NCBI RefSeq assembly: GCF_000803625.1
Contig: NZ_CP007496.1
Location: 90,001-122,000 of the forward strand
From: Candidatus Nanosynbacter lyticus
Lineage (GTDB): Bacteria; Patescibacteriota; Saccharimonadia; Saccharimonadales; Saccharimonadaceae
Reading direction: 5' to 3'
DNA length: 32,000 nt
The translations under genes were made by a program, and so were the position numbers. Below the pieces are notes generated by a model, which saw only the letters and a list, made by a program, of their open reading frames with translations, was not told where the DNA came from and did not search any database. Positions 7,182-15,735 of the stretch are shown here, piece by piece. Each line of letters begins with the position of its first letter. Position 1 is the stretch's first letter.

Positions 7182-8993
7182 ATGAGTGAAGATGAATTAA
7201 AATCTATGAGACACAGTTTGGCGCATATTATGGCTCAGGCCGTTCAGCGTTTATGGCCTCAGGCAAAATTTGGTGTAGGCCCAGCTATTGATAATGGTTT
7301 CTATTATGATATATATCTTGATGGTGCGACAATTTCTGAAGATAGTCTGCCAAAGATAGAAAAAGAGATGCGAAAAATAGTATCTGCTAATTACCCGTTT
7401 GAGAGACGTGATGTGGCAATAGATGAGGCTATTGATTGGGCTAAGGAAAATCAGCAGAACTTTAAGATTGAGCTATTAAACGACCTTAAGCGGTCTGGTA
7501 CTACCGTTGCTAGTGAATTATCTGTCAAGTATATAGGCTCTGTAAATGAAGCTCCTAGTAAGGTAAAGACCGTATCTTTGTATTCGCAAGGTGACTATGT
7601 TGATTTGTGCAGGGGTGGACATGTTGATAGTACGGGTAAGGTCGGTGCGTTTAAGCTGACTAAGGTTGCTGGCGCATATTGGCGTGGTAATGAAAATAAC
7701 CTGCAAATGCAGCGTATATACGGCGTGGCATTTGCCACCCAGGAAGAGCTAGATAAATATTTGGAAAAGATAGAGATCGCAAAGCAGCGCGATCATCGAA
7801 AGCTAGGCAGGGACCTTGATTTATACACGACCTCGCCACTAGTGGGTGTTGGTTTGCCACTATTTACACCTAGAGGAACTATTTTGCGTGAGGTGGTGTC
7901 TCAATATTCGAATCAGTTGCGGCAGAAATTCGGTTTTGAGAAGGTGTGGACGCCCCATATCACAAAAAAAGATTTGTATGAAAAGTCGGGTCACTGGGCA
8001 AAGTTTGGTGAAGAGTTGTTTCTTGTAAAGAGTCAGGAGACTAGTGATGAAATGGCCCTCAAGCCTATGAATTGCCCGCACCATACACAGATTTTTGCCT
8101 CACGTCCACGAAGTTATCGAGATATGCCAGTAAGATACCTGGAGACGACAACTGATTATCGTGATGAAAAGACTGGAGAGCTAGGTGGATTAAATCGTGT
8201 TCGTTCATTGACACAAGACGACAGTCACGTATTCTGTCGGCCAGACCAGATTGAGGAGGAGATTAATAACTTGTTGTCGGCGGCTCGTGAGCTGTATGAG
8301 TCAATCGACATGAAGCTAAGAGTTCGTCTGAGCTATCGTGACGATTCTGATTCATACTTAGGTAATATTGACCTATGGAACTCTGCGCAAGGTCAATTAA
8401 AGTCAGCTGTTGAGAGAGTGGGTCTAGACTACTTTGAGCAGGATGGTGAAGCAGCCTTTTATGGTCCAAAAATTGACTTTATGGCGACTGATGCAATTGG
8501 TCGTGAACATCAGGTGGCAACTGTGCAGTTAGATTTCGTACAACCTCAGAGGTTCGGGTTGGAGTATGTAGACATTAATGGAAATTCTACAACACCTGTT
8601 ATGATCCACTGTGCTTTACTAGGTTCGATTGAGCGATTTTTGAGCGTGTTTATTGAGCATACAGGTGGTTGGTTTCCATTCTGGGCGGCTCCAGAGCAGG
8701 TGCGTATTTTGACCATTAATGATTCTGTATTAGGCTATGTTGATAAAATAACAACTATTTTGTCGGAAACTACCCTAACTAAGCCCGTTAAGTATAATGA
8801 TGTAAGATTTACATCAGATATAAGAAACGAATCTTTGGGTAAAAAGATTAGAGAGGCGACATCTATGAAGATACCAGTTCAGCTTATAGTAGGGCCAAAG
8901 GATGTAGAGGCGAGCGAGGTTAGTATTCGAACTCAGGCTCGCGAGGAAAAAATTCCTCTAGAGAACCTCTCTGGATATTTAAAATCTTTATAA
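7182..8993 (+). CDS. thrS: threonine--tRNA ligase lacking the N-terminal TGS domain
   Basis: 603 aa. Starts directly in the editing-domain motif RHSLAHIMAQAVQRLWP...GPAIDNGFYYD. Class II core has FRDE-like and NCPHH motifs. C-terminal anticodon-binding domain present. Confidence 0.93.
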   Translation: MSEDELKSMRHSLAHIMAQAVQRLWPQAKFGVGPAIDNGFYYDIYLDGATISEDSLPKIEKEMRKIVSANYPFERRDVAIDEAIDWAKENQQNFKIELLNDLKRSGTTVASELSVKYIGSVNEAPSKVKTVSLYSQGDYVDLCRGGHVDSTGKVGAFKLTKVAGAYWRGNENNLQMQRIYGVAFATQEELDKYLEKIEIAKQRDHRKLGRDLDLYTTSPLVGVGLPLFTPRGTILREVVSQYSNQLRQKFGFEKVWTPHITKKDLYEKSGHWAKFGEELFLVKSQETSDEMALKPMNCPHHTQIFASRPRSYRDMPVRYLETTTDYRDEKTGELGGLNRVRSLTQDDSHVFCRPDQIEEEINNLLSAARELYESIDMKLRVRLSYRDDSDSYLGNIDLWNSAQGQLKSAVERVGLDYFEQDGEAAFYGPKIDFMATDAIGREHQVATVQLDFVQPQRFGLEYVDINGNSTTPVMIHCALLGSIERFLSVFIEHTGGWFPFWAAPEQVRILTINDSVLGYVDKITTILSETTLTKPVKYNDVRFTSDIRNESLGKKIREATSMKIPVQLIVGPKDVEASEVSIRTQAREEKIPLENLSGYLKSL

Positions 8994-9002
8994 GGAGAGT
9001 TT

Positions 9003-9326
9003 TTGGAAAATATAAAAGTTGATAATCTCCGGGATAGAGTATATGTACTGATGGCTCTATTGCCGTCCGATAATGTGACTACTTATGGAGATATAGCAGC
9101 TATGGCTGGACATCCTTATGCAGCCAGACAGGTTGGAGAGATTGCTCATGGCGGACCGAGTAACTTGCCGTGGCATAGGCTTGTTAATTCAAGAGGCGGT
9201 TTGGCTGTTGGTTTTCCTGGAGGGCAGTGCACACAAAGGTTGATGCTGGAGCAGGACGGTATTCTGTGTGATGATCGTTATAGGGTGGTTAATTTTAAGG
9301 AGCGAAGATGGCATCAGAATTTATAG
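9003..9326 (+). CDS. alkyltransferase-like (ATL) / MGMT-family DNA-binding protein
   Basis: 107 aa with TTG start and AAGGAGAG SD. TTYGDIAAMAGHPYAARQVG...LPWHRLVNSRG shows the MGMT fold, with Trp where the active-site Cys of PCHRV would be. Confidence 0.75.
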   Translation: MENIKVDNLRDRVYVLMALLPSDNVTTYGDIAAMAGHPYAARQVGEIAHGGPSNLPWHRLVNSRGGLAVGFPGGQCTQRLMLEQDGILCDDRYRVVNFKERRWHQNL

Positions 9327-10198
9327 GTAGTAGGTCTAAGTTGCCGTTAATTGTAATCGTTGGTCCAACTGGTAGCGGGAAAACATCTCTAGCGGTAAGT
9401 TTAGCCAGGAAGTATGGTGGTGAAATAATCTGTGCCGACAGCAGAACTGTCTATAGAGGTATGGACATCGGTACTGCAAAGCCTTCGCTTCGCGAACAAC
9501 GGACTGTGCCTCACTGGGGTATTGATTTGGTGGATCCAGGAGCTTCTTTCAGCGCTGCACAGTTTAAAGATTATACTAATCGTAAAATTGAAGAAATTAG
9601 GAGCAGAGGCAATATACCTTTTCTTGTGGGTGGTACCGGTTTGTATGTTGATGCAGTTGTTTTTGACTTTGAATTTGGTAATGATTACGACAAAGACAGG
9701 CGTAATAAGCTGCAGAAAATGACTGTAGCGCAACTCCAGGATTATTGCATTAAACAGGACATCTCTTTGCCAGAAAATAATAAGAATAAAAGATATCTGA
9801 TTAGGTCAATTGAATTGGCCGGACAGAAGGTGTCTAGACAGTCTGCTCCGTTAGGAAACGCTATTATTGTTGGAATTACAACAAAAAAAGATCTACTAAC
9901 GCAACGGATTACAGATAGAGCAAAAAAAATGTTCAATGATGGTGTTGTCAAAGAAACAATAATATTGGGATGTCAGTATGGCTGGACTAACGAAGCAATG
10001 ACTGGTAACGTTTATCCGATTATTAAAAAGGTAGTAGATGGAAGTATGGATCAGTCGCAAGCGGTTCAAGAGTTTATAAAAAGGGACATAGGTCTTGTGA
10101 GGCGTCAGCTAACATGGTTTAGGCGCAATCCGTTTATTGAGTGGGGAGATATAGATTCATGCGAACACTATTTGTCACGATTATTAGATGACAAGTAA
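9308..10198 (+). CDS. miaA: tRNA dimethylallyltransferase
   Basis: P-loop GPTGSGKTSLAVSLA, then CADSRTVYRGMDIGTAKPS and LVGGTGLY motifs. AAGGAG SD. Confidence 0.9.
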   Translation: MASEFIGSRSKLPLIVIVGPTGSGKTSLAVSLARKYGGEIICADSRTVYRGMDIGTAKPSLREQRTVPHWGIDLVDPGASFSAAQFKDYTNRKIEEIRSRGNIPFLVGGTGLYVDAVVFDFEFGNDYDKDRRNKLQKMTVAQLQDYCIKQDISLPENNKNKRYLIRSIELAGQKVSRQSAPLGNAIIVGITTKKDLLTQRITDRAKKMFNDGVVKETIILGCQYGWTNEAMTGNVYPIIKKVVDGSMDQSQAVQEFIKRDIGLVRRQLTWFRRNPFIEWGDIDSCEHYLSRLLDDK

Positions 10199-10222
10199 AA
10201 AATATGTTACAATTATAGTGCA

Positions 10223-10810
10223 ATGATTGATTCATTATTTGGTTCAAAAACAAGAGTAAAACTACTGTATTTATTTCTTAATAATCTGGAAAAATCGTTC
10301 TACGTAAGAGAAATTACTAGAATGATTGATGAGCAAATAAATTCTGTTCGTCGTGAATTGGCGAATATGGTTTCTGTGGGCATTGTGAAGCAGGATGCTA
10401 TAGATAATAAGTTATATTACAGTGTGAATGAGGATTATCCTTATGTGAAGCCTCTTATGGTGATTTTCTCTGATAAAAATAATGATGATAAAAAGCCGGC
10501 AAGTGCTTCATGGGAAGATTCAATAAAGAGAATACGAGGCTTAAAAATAGCTATAACTGCTGGAAAGCTGGATATTGGCTCTATAGCCTCTGTTGATTTG
10601 CTCCTGGTTGGCGATAACATGTCTGCGTTAGCAATAAAGAACTTGATAAAAAGAATTGAGAAGGCTAAGAAGAGTGAAATAAATTATGCCATAATGACGT
10701 ATGATGACTTTTATTATAGGATGAGTGTCAAGGATAGGTTTATAATGGATATGATTAGGAACAAACATTCAGTATTGTTAGATACAGAAGGTATAATGAG
10801 AAAGGAGTAG
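10223..10810 (+). CDS. winged helix-turn-helix transcriptional regulator candidate
   Basis: 195 aa. N-terminal SKTRVKLLYLFLNN...FYVREITRMIDEQINSVRRELANMVSVGIVK resembles ArsR/MarR-like wHTH domains. The C-terminal half is not recognised. Confidence 0.55.
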   Translation: MIDSLFGSKTRVKLLYLFLNNLEKSFYVREITRMIDEQINSVRRELANMVSVGIVKQDAIDNKLYYSVNEDYPYVKPLMVIFSDKNNDDKKPASASWEDSIKRIRGLKIAITAGKLDIGSIASVDLLLVGDNMSALAIKNLIKRIEKAKKSEINYAIMTYDDFYYRMSVKDRFIMDMIRNKHSVLLDTEGIMRKE

Positions 10811-10812
10811 GG

Positions 10813-11451
10813 ATGTTTGAGATAGAATATAAGGGCGCCAACGCTGTTGTCATCAATACAAGAAAGCTTCGTGTTGTCTTTGATCCAAATTTAGAGATTG
10901 CTGGCGGTAAAAATGTGGCCGTTAATAACGATATAGAGGTGGTCACTGAAGATAGGCTCTCCAATGTGGAATCATCGCCAAAGTTGCTTTTTAATGGACC
11001 CGGTGAATATGAGGTTGGGGATATATCTATATTAGGTATCCTTGCGCGTAGGCATATTGATGCTGGTAGTGATGTAAGAAAAACTACAATTTACAGAATT
11101 ACAGTCGGCGAAGTTAAGGGTGTGGTTGTCGGTAATGTGGAGGATGGACTTTCTGACGATCAGCTAGAGAATATTGGCGTTGTAGATTTTGCAATATTAC
11201 CCGTAGGAGGTGGTGGCTATACACTGGATGCCGTAGGTGCAACTAAGGTGGTTCGCCAGCTTGACGCTAAGGTGGTTATTCCAGTACATTATAGGGATTC
11301 AAATTTAAATTATGAGGTTCCGCAAGCTGACTTGGATGAGTTCCTGAAGACCTTGGGGGCTCCGGTAATTGAGGCTGAGCAGAAGTGGAAATTAAAGAAG
11401 TCTGCCGATTTGCCTGGCAGCTTAACTATTGTAAAAATATCTAGAAGCTAG
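10813..11451 (+). CDS. MBL-fold (Lactamase_B_3/UPF0173-like) protein lacking the HxHxDH metal motif
   Basis: 212 aa. Overall pattern (VVFDPNL..., FAILPVGGG, AKVVIPVHY) matches small MBL-fold hydrolases, but the metal-binding motif position reads VVTEDRL. Confidence 0.5.
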   Translation: MFEIEYKGANAVVINTRKLRVVFDPNLEIAGGKNVAVNNDIEVVTEDRLSNVESSPKLLFNGPGEYEVGDISILGILARRHIDAGSDVRKTTIYRITVGEVKGVVVGNVEDGLSDDQLENIGVVDFAILPVGGGGYTLDAVGATKVVRQLDAKVVIPVHYRDSNLNYEVPQADLDEFLKTLGAPVIEAEQKWKLKKSADLPGSLTIVKISRS

Positions 11452-11469
11452 TCTTTACAATAAATTAAA

Positions 11470-11500
11470 ATCACCCCAGTATTTAGCTGGGGTAATTTTA
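11470..11500. terminator. bidirectional intrinsic terminator ACCCCAG-N7-CTGGGGT
   Basis: 7-bp stem at 11473-11493 flanked by A/T runs. Lies between convergent genes 10813..11451 (+) and rpmB (-). Confidence 0.7.
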
Positions 11501-11525
11501 ATTTTAGAAGTTCGTAAATAGATAT

Positions 11526-11732
11526 TTACTTGCCATGCGTACTTAAGATGCCTTTTTTCTTCAAAGTACGAATCGCTTGTGTGCTTAAGGTCATGGTGAT
11601 TTTCTGACCATCAACAACAAAAGTTTTCTTTTGAAGATTTGGCTTGAAGACACGCTTGGTGCGGCGCAAGGAGAAGCTGACATTATTGCCATACTGCTTG
11701 CCTTTGCCTGTTAAATCACATCGTGATGCCAT
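11526..11732 (-). CDS. rpmB: 50S ribosomal protein L28
   Basis: MASRCDLTGKGKQYGNNVSFSLRRTKRVFKPNLQKK is canonical L28. The start is placed at the internal Met, since the 32-codon extension in the track has no homology logic. Confidence 0.9.
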   Translation of the reverse strand: MASRCDLTGKGKQYGNNVSFSLRRTKRVFKPNLQKKTFVVDGQKITMTLSTQAIRTLKKKGILSTHGK

Positions 11733-11830
11733 TTCCACTCTCTTTACTTTATTATTGATAACAATCTTTATTATTGTAGCGACATTTGTGCAATTAGTCA
11801 AGACGGCCGGTTGGTGATATAATAACACCT

Positions 11831-12475
11831 ATGGTTTTGGAGATAATAATAGTTATAGTCGTTATACTGCTATCTATGACCATCCATGAGGCTATGCATG
11901 CATTTATGGGTTATGCTTTGGGTGATGATACAGCCAGACAGGAGGGCAGGTTAACATTAAATCCAATAAGACACATTGACCCTTTTATGACCTTATTGCT
12001 GCCGCTAATGATGGTGCTGTTGCACGGGCCAATTTTTGGTGGTGCTAAGCCGGTTCCATTTAATCCAAATAGAGTACGCTTTGGTGAGTGGGGGGCTGCG
12101 CTGGTGGCTCTTTCTGGTCCAATTACTAATCTACTAATTGCTTTTATTGTATTTGGTTTGGGGGTGATTTGTGGCATTATTACTTCCGGGGGAGTGATAC
12201 AGCCAACTATATATGGGATGGTTATCTCCACTGCTGTATCTGTAAATTTAGGATTTTTTATTTTTAATATGCTACCAATCCCACCGCTAGATGGATCGAG
12301 AATTTTGTATGCTGTAGCGCCAGAGGGGATTAGGGTTATTATGCAAAAAATTGAGCAGCAGGGTGCTCTTTTGGTGCTAGTTCTTGTTTTACTGTTTTCT
12401 GGCGCGGTGGGTCAGGTAATGTTTGGCTGTACTCGAGCTATATTGCATATATTTATGATGATTTTTGGTGTATAA
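11831..12475 (+). CDS. site-2 protease family (peptidase M50) membrane metalloprotease
   Basis: HEAMHAFMG (HExxH) in the first TM helix and NMLPIPPLDGSRIL (NxxPxxxLDG) motif. 214 aa. Extended -10 TGATATAAT ends 7 nt before the ATG. Confidence 0.85.
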   Translation: MVLEIIIVIVVILLSMTIHEAMHAFMGYALGDDTARQEGRLTLNPIRHIDPFMTLLLPLMMVLLHGPIFGGAKPVPFNPNRVRFGEWGAALVALSGPITNLLIAFIVFGLGVICGIITSGGVIQPTIYGMVISTAVSVNLGFFIFNMLPIPPLDGSRILYAVAPEGIRVIMQKIEQQGALLVLVLVLLFSGAVGQVMFGCTRAILHIFMMIFGV

Positions 12476-12484
12476 TATTAGTAG

Positions 12485-12634
12485 ACCCTAGGTTTTTCCG
12501 TGGGCGCGTATGATTTTCCTAACATCATATGATAGGGAGCTCTAATGATTTATTACTGTGGTAATACTTTGCGGGCACCCACCTTGCATCTACGCGGGGA
12601 ATATCGAGCGCTCACGGAAAAGCTTGGGGTTTTT
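12485..12634 (+). ncRNA. candidate structured RNA, rod-like (6S-like architecture), identity unknown
   Basis: 12485-12507 pairs without interruption (23 bp, 4 G-U) with 12608-12630. The helix continues with 12508-12519 pairing to 12596-12605. Apical hairpin TTATTAC-TGTG-GTAATA sits exactly at the midpoint. A T5 run follows. TATAAT at 12471-12476 lies upstream. No ORF. Confidence 0.45.
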
Positions 12635-12636
12635 AA

Positions 12637-12645
12637 TGGTATAAT
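12637..12645 (+). promoter_or_regulatory. extended -10 (TGGTATAAT) for rnpB
   Basis: Ends about 6 nt before the P1 5' strand of RNase P RNA. Confidence 0.6.
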
Positions 12646-12649
12646 GGAT

Positions 12650-12990
12650 AGGTAGCCTGTTGGGTAGTCGCTTGAGTTAATCTTAAGAGGAAAGTCCGGG
12701 CAGTGAAGGACGACGGCAGTCGCTAACGGCGACCGGGGGAGACCCTAGGGAAAGTGCCACAGAAACGAAACTACCTCTATTTATATAGAGGAAAAGGTGA
12801 AACGAGTGAGGTAAAAGCTCACAGTCGTCTACGGTGACGTAGATGGGAGGTAAACCCTGCCGACTGCAAGGAGGTCTGCATGCAAAGAGGAGTCCACTCG
12901 TAGGCCGATAACCGCTTGATTTGTTTGGCAACAAGCAAACTAGATAGATGATTACCCTAGACAGAACCCGGCTTATAGACAGGCTATAAG
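12650..12990 (+). ncRNA. rnpB: RNase P RNA, bacterial type A
   Basis: Universal P4 strands GAGGAAAGTCCGGGC (12687-) and ACAGAACCCGGCTTA (12961-). GGAAAGTGCCACAGAAA element present. P1 pairing is TAGCCTGT with ACAGGCTA. Confidence 0.92.
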
Positions 12991-13020
12991 AAAACACCCT
13001 GATATGACACAGGGTGTTTT
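12991..13020. terminator. bidirectional terminator AAAACACCCTG-N8-CAGGGTGTTTT shared by rnpB (+) and rplT (-)
   Basis: 8-bp GC-rich stem extended by A4/T4. Confidence 0.75.
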
Positions 13021-13042
13021 CCATTATGACTAGGAGGTTATA

Positions 13043-13384
13043 TTATAGGCTAGCTTTTACTATCTCGGCAAAAGCTTTTGGCTCGCTAACTGCTAATTCA
13101 GCCAGAATCTTTCTATCAATCTCAATATTTTTGGATTTCATAGAAGCTATTAGCTTACCATAAGTTGTGCCTTCCTGGCGAGCGGCTGCGTTAATGCGGG
13201 TAATCCATAGTCCACGCAAATCGCGTTTTTTATTGCGGCGATCACGATAAGCGTATTGTAGGGCACGAATAACCCCTTGTTTTGCTAAACGAAAACTGCG
13301 CGTGCGGTTATGCTGCATCCCTGCGGCTGCTTTTAAAATCTTCTTATGTTTGGCGCGTGCGGTAACTCCTCGTTTTACTCGCAT
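13043..13384 (-). CDS. rplT: 50S ribosomal protein L20
   Basis: [22 protein letters not shown]...[23 protein letters not shown] is canonical L20. Confidence 0.95.
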   Translation of the reverse strand: MRVKRGVTARAKHKKILKAAAGMQHNRTRSFRLAKQGVIRALQYAYRDRRNKKRDLRGLWITRINAAARQEGTTYGKLIASMKSKNIEIDRKILAELAVSEPKAFAEIVKASL

Positions 13385-13386
13385 AA

Positions 13387-13581
13387 TTATACTCCCATTG
13401 CTCGACGAGCATTCTTAGCCATCGAACCAGTTACGGTTGCTGTTGTATTTATTGCACGCTTACGGCTTTTTGACTTCTTAGCCAAAAAGTGACCGCCAAA
13501 TGCGCGCTGGCGTGTCAATTTGCCGGTACTGGTCAGCTTAATTCTCTTCGCAGTGCCTTTATGGGTCTTTAGCTTTGGCAT
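13387..13581 (-). CDS. rpmI: 50S ribosomal protein L35
   Basis: [27 protein letters not shown] is canonical L35. The start overlaps the infC stop by 1 nt (TAATG). Confidence 0.93.
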   Translation of the reverse strand: MPKLKTHKGTAKRIKLTSTGKLTRQRAFGGHFLAKKSKSRKRAINTTATVTGSMAKNARRAMGV

Positions 13582-14087
13582 TACTTACTCCTTATTACTA
13601 CGCTCAGATTGCGACCAGCCATCTGAGGCTTTTGCTCTAATATTGCATCGTCACTAAGTTGATCCATTACTTTGTCAATCAATTCGTAGCCAATTTCTTT
13701 GTGGGCCATTTCGCGACCCTTGTAAACTACTTGTATACGAACTTTGTGTCCGTTTTCCAAGAATTTACGGATTTTTTTCAGCTTTACCTCAAGATCTCCA
13801 GCTCCTATCTTTAGACCAAAGCGCATTTGCTTTAAGTCCCCAGACTTTGCTTGCCGTCGGTTTTTTTGCTGATCTTTCATCTTCTGGTACTGATATTTGC
13901 CCCAGTCAATGATTTTTGCAACTGGCGGTTTGGCTCCTGGCGATATTTCAACTAAATCAAGATTCATGTCCTCGGCCTTTTTCAAGGCTTCTTGAAGCGA
14001 CATGATTCCCAGCTGTTCACCGTCAGGACCAATTATCCGCAGTTCCTTTGCACGGATTGCTCCGTTGATACGGATTGACTTATTAAT
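13581..14087 (-). CDS. infC: translation initiation factor IF-3, ATT start codon
   Basis: The track ORF starts at an internal Met. The in-frame upstream sequence INKSIRINGAIRAKELRIIGPDGEQLGI is the conserved IF-3 N-terminus. ATT at 14087-14085 lies 8 nt after AGGAG. Confidence 0.88.
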   Translation of the reverse strand: MNKSIRINGAIRAKELRIIGPDGEQLGIMSLQEALKKAEDMNLDLVEISPGAKPPVAKIIDWGKYQYQKMKDQQKNRRQAKSGDLKQMRFGLKIGAGDLEVKLKKIRKFLENGHKVRIQVVYKGREMAHKEIGYELIDKVMDQLSDDAILEQKPQMAGRNLSVVIRSK

Positions 14088-14131
14088 CTCTGGCTCTCCT
14101 TTTGAAGCAATTTTAGATTAACTCAGTTGCT

Positions 14132-14160
14132 ATTGTAACAGAGATGTTTATTATTTTCAA
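14132..14160 (-). promoter_or_regulatory. promoter TTGAAA-17-TGTTACAAT for infC-rpmI-rplT
   Basis: Minus-strand -35 at 14155-14160 and -10 at 14132-14137. About 45-nt leader with an AGCAA/TTGCT hairpin. Confidence 0.65.
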
Positions 14161-14168
14161 GGATGTAA

Positions 14169-15692
14169 TTAGTTAATGTTAATTTGTCTATACTGCAGAC
14201 TTTCGGCGATATGTGAAACTTCTATCGAGGTTGAATTTTCTAGGTCGGCTATTGTGCGGGCAACTTTAATTACTTTAAAATAGCTGCGCGTGCTTAAGTC
14301 TAGTCGCCTAGCTGCGTTAATCAAGAAGGCTTTCGTAGAGGCTGAAATAGATGTAATTTTGTCAACATCGCTACTTGAAAGGTCGTTGTTGTATTTATAG
14401 CTACATCCATACCTAGTTTTCTGAATGGCACGAGCTTGAGAAATTTCAGATAAAAATAATGAATGTTGTGATTTTATCAACGAACTATTACTGAGTAGCT
14501 TTTCGTGGGGAACTCTTGAAACTGATACGGTTAAGTCTATGCGATCAAGTAGCGGTCCTGATAACTTTTTTTGATAGTTAAGGATTTGATTTTGTGAGCA
14601 GATGCAGGTTTTGTCTGAGTCACCAAGAAACCCACATGGGCAGGGATTCATAGTGGCAATCAATAAAAAATTGGCAGGAAAGTTGAACTTACCGTTAGCA
14701 CGACTCACTGTGATCTCGTGGTCTTCTAGGGGTTGGCGTAGCGACTCTAAGATATTTCTGGGATATTCTAATAGCTCATCTAGGAATAGAACACCTCGAT
14801 GCGCCAGACTGATTTCTCCAGGTTGTATCCTTGATCCGCCGCCGATGATGGAAGCTCTACTAGCGGTGTGGTGAGGTGATCTGAATGGGCGCTCTCTAAT
14901 GGTACTACTGATAGTGTTAGTATTGCCCAGGTTGTGTAGTTTGGTAACTTCAACGATTTCAGTTTTTGATAGTGGGGGTAATAGGTTTTTTAGAGATTTT
15001 GCTAGCATAGTTTTTCCTGATCCCGGAGGGCCAGATAGCAAAATGTTATGTCTTCCAGCTACGGCAATCTGAATGGCTCTTTTAGCCTGTTCCTGTCCAT
15101 AGATGTCGTCAATTGTCGTCTTGTCTTCTGGCGTGTTAGTTTCTATTTTATTTTTAGTTCTATTTATTGATTTAATGAACTTCTCCTTTTTTAAGTGTAG
15201 GAAGAGAGATTTGAGATTGTCTACTGGGAATATTTTAACACCGGGAACTAGAGATGCTTGTTCTGCATTCTGGGCTGGCACGAATACTGATTTAATTTTG
15301 TGGTTTTTAGCAACCTCAGCTGTGACAATTGCTGATCGTATTGGTCGTAGGCTGCCATCTAAGGCTAGTTCACCTGCAAAAATTGCACCTTCTATGTCGT
15401 TTTGAGTTAGCATACCTCCTATGCACAAGATGGCTAGTGCTATTGGCAGATCAAACTGTGATCCGTCTTTTGGCAGTTCCGCTGGAGCTAAATTAACAAT
15501 TAATTTGCCCTTTGGAAAATCTAGGGATGAATTTTTTATTGCACTGCGTACTCTATCTCGAGATTCATCAATAGCCTTGTTGCCCATACCTACGATTTGT
15601 AGGCTAGGTAGCCCCTTTGACATGTCGCCTTCAACCTCAATAATCTTTCCAGTGAAACCATAGGGTGTGGCCGAGACAACTCTGCTTACCAT
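14169..15692 (-). CDS. yifB: YifB/ComM family Mg-chelatase-like AAA+ ATPase
   Basis: 507 aa. N-terminal Lon-protease-like domain, Walker A LLSGPPGSGKTMLAK, Walker B VLFLDEL, C-terminal ChlI-type domain. Confidence 0.9.
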   Translation of the reverse strand: MVSRVVSATPYGFTGKIIEVEGDMSKGLPSLQIVGMGNKAIDESRDRVRSAIKNSSLDFPKGKLIVNLAPAELPKDGSQFDLPIALAILCIGGMLTQNDIEGAIFAGELALDGSLRPIRSAIVTAEVAKNHKIKSVFVPAQNAEQASLVPGVKIFPVDNLKSLFLHLKKEKFIKSINRTKNKIETNTPEDKTTIDDIYGQEQAKRAIQIAVAGRHNILLSGPPGSGKTMLAKSLKNLLPPLSKTEIVEVTKLHNLGNTNTISSTIRERPFRSPHHTASRASIIGGGSRIQPGEISLAHRGVLFLDELLEYPRNILESLRQPLEDHEITVSRANGKFNFPANFLLIATMNPCPCGFLGDSDKTCICSQNQILNYQKKLSGPLLDRIDLTVSVSRVPHEKLLSNSSLIKSQHSLFLSEISQARAIQKTRYGCSYKYNNDLSSSDVDKITSISASTKAFLINAARRLDLSTRSYFKVIKVARTIADLENSTSIEVSHIAESLQYRQININ

Positions 15693-15735
15693 AAGTCTAT
15701 TAAAACATAAGTGTATAGATTTTTAAATGAGGCAG

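Noticed and set aside
11733-11828. 32-codon N-terminal extension of rpmB in the track (MLLYHQPAVL...)
   Set aside because: L28 homology starts exactly at the internal MASRCDLTG. The extension would run through the divergent M50 promoter.
12485-12634. Identification of the rod-like RNA as SRP (4.5S) RNA
   Set aside because: On neither strand did I see the conserved domain IV sequence (GGUCC-GNRA-GGAAGCAGCC type, with its symmetric and asymmetric loops). It is left as an unknown, 6S-like RNA.
12683-13024. 113-aa minus-strand ORF from the track
   Set aside because: It lies entirely antisense to the RNase P RNA gene, whose universal P4 motifs are unambiguous. It has Cys/Arg/Ser-rich nonsense composition and no promoter or SD.
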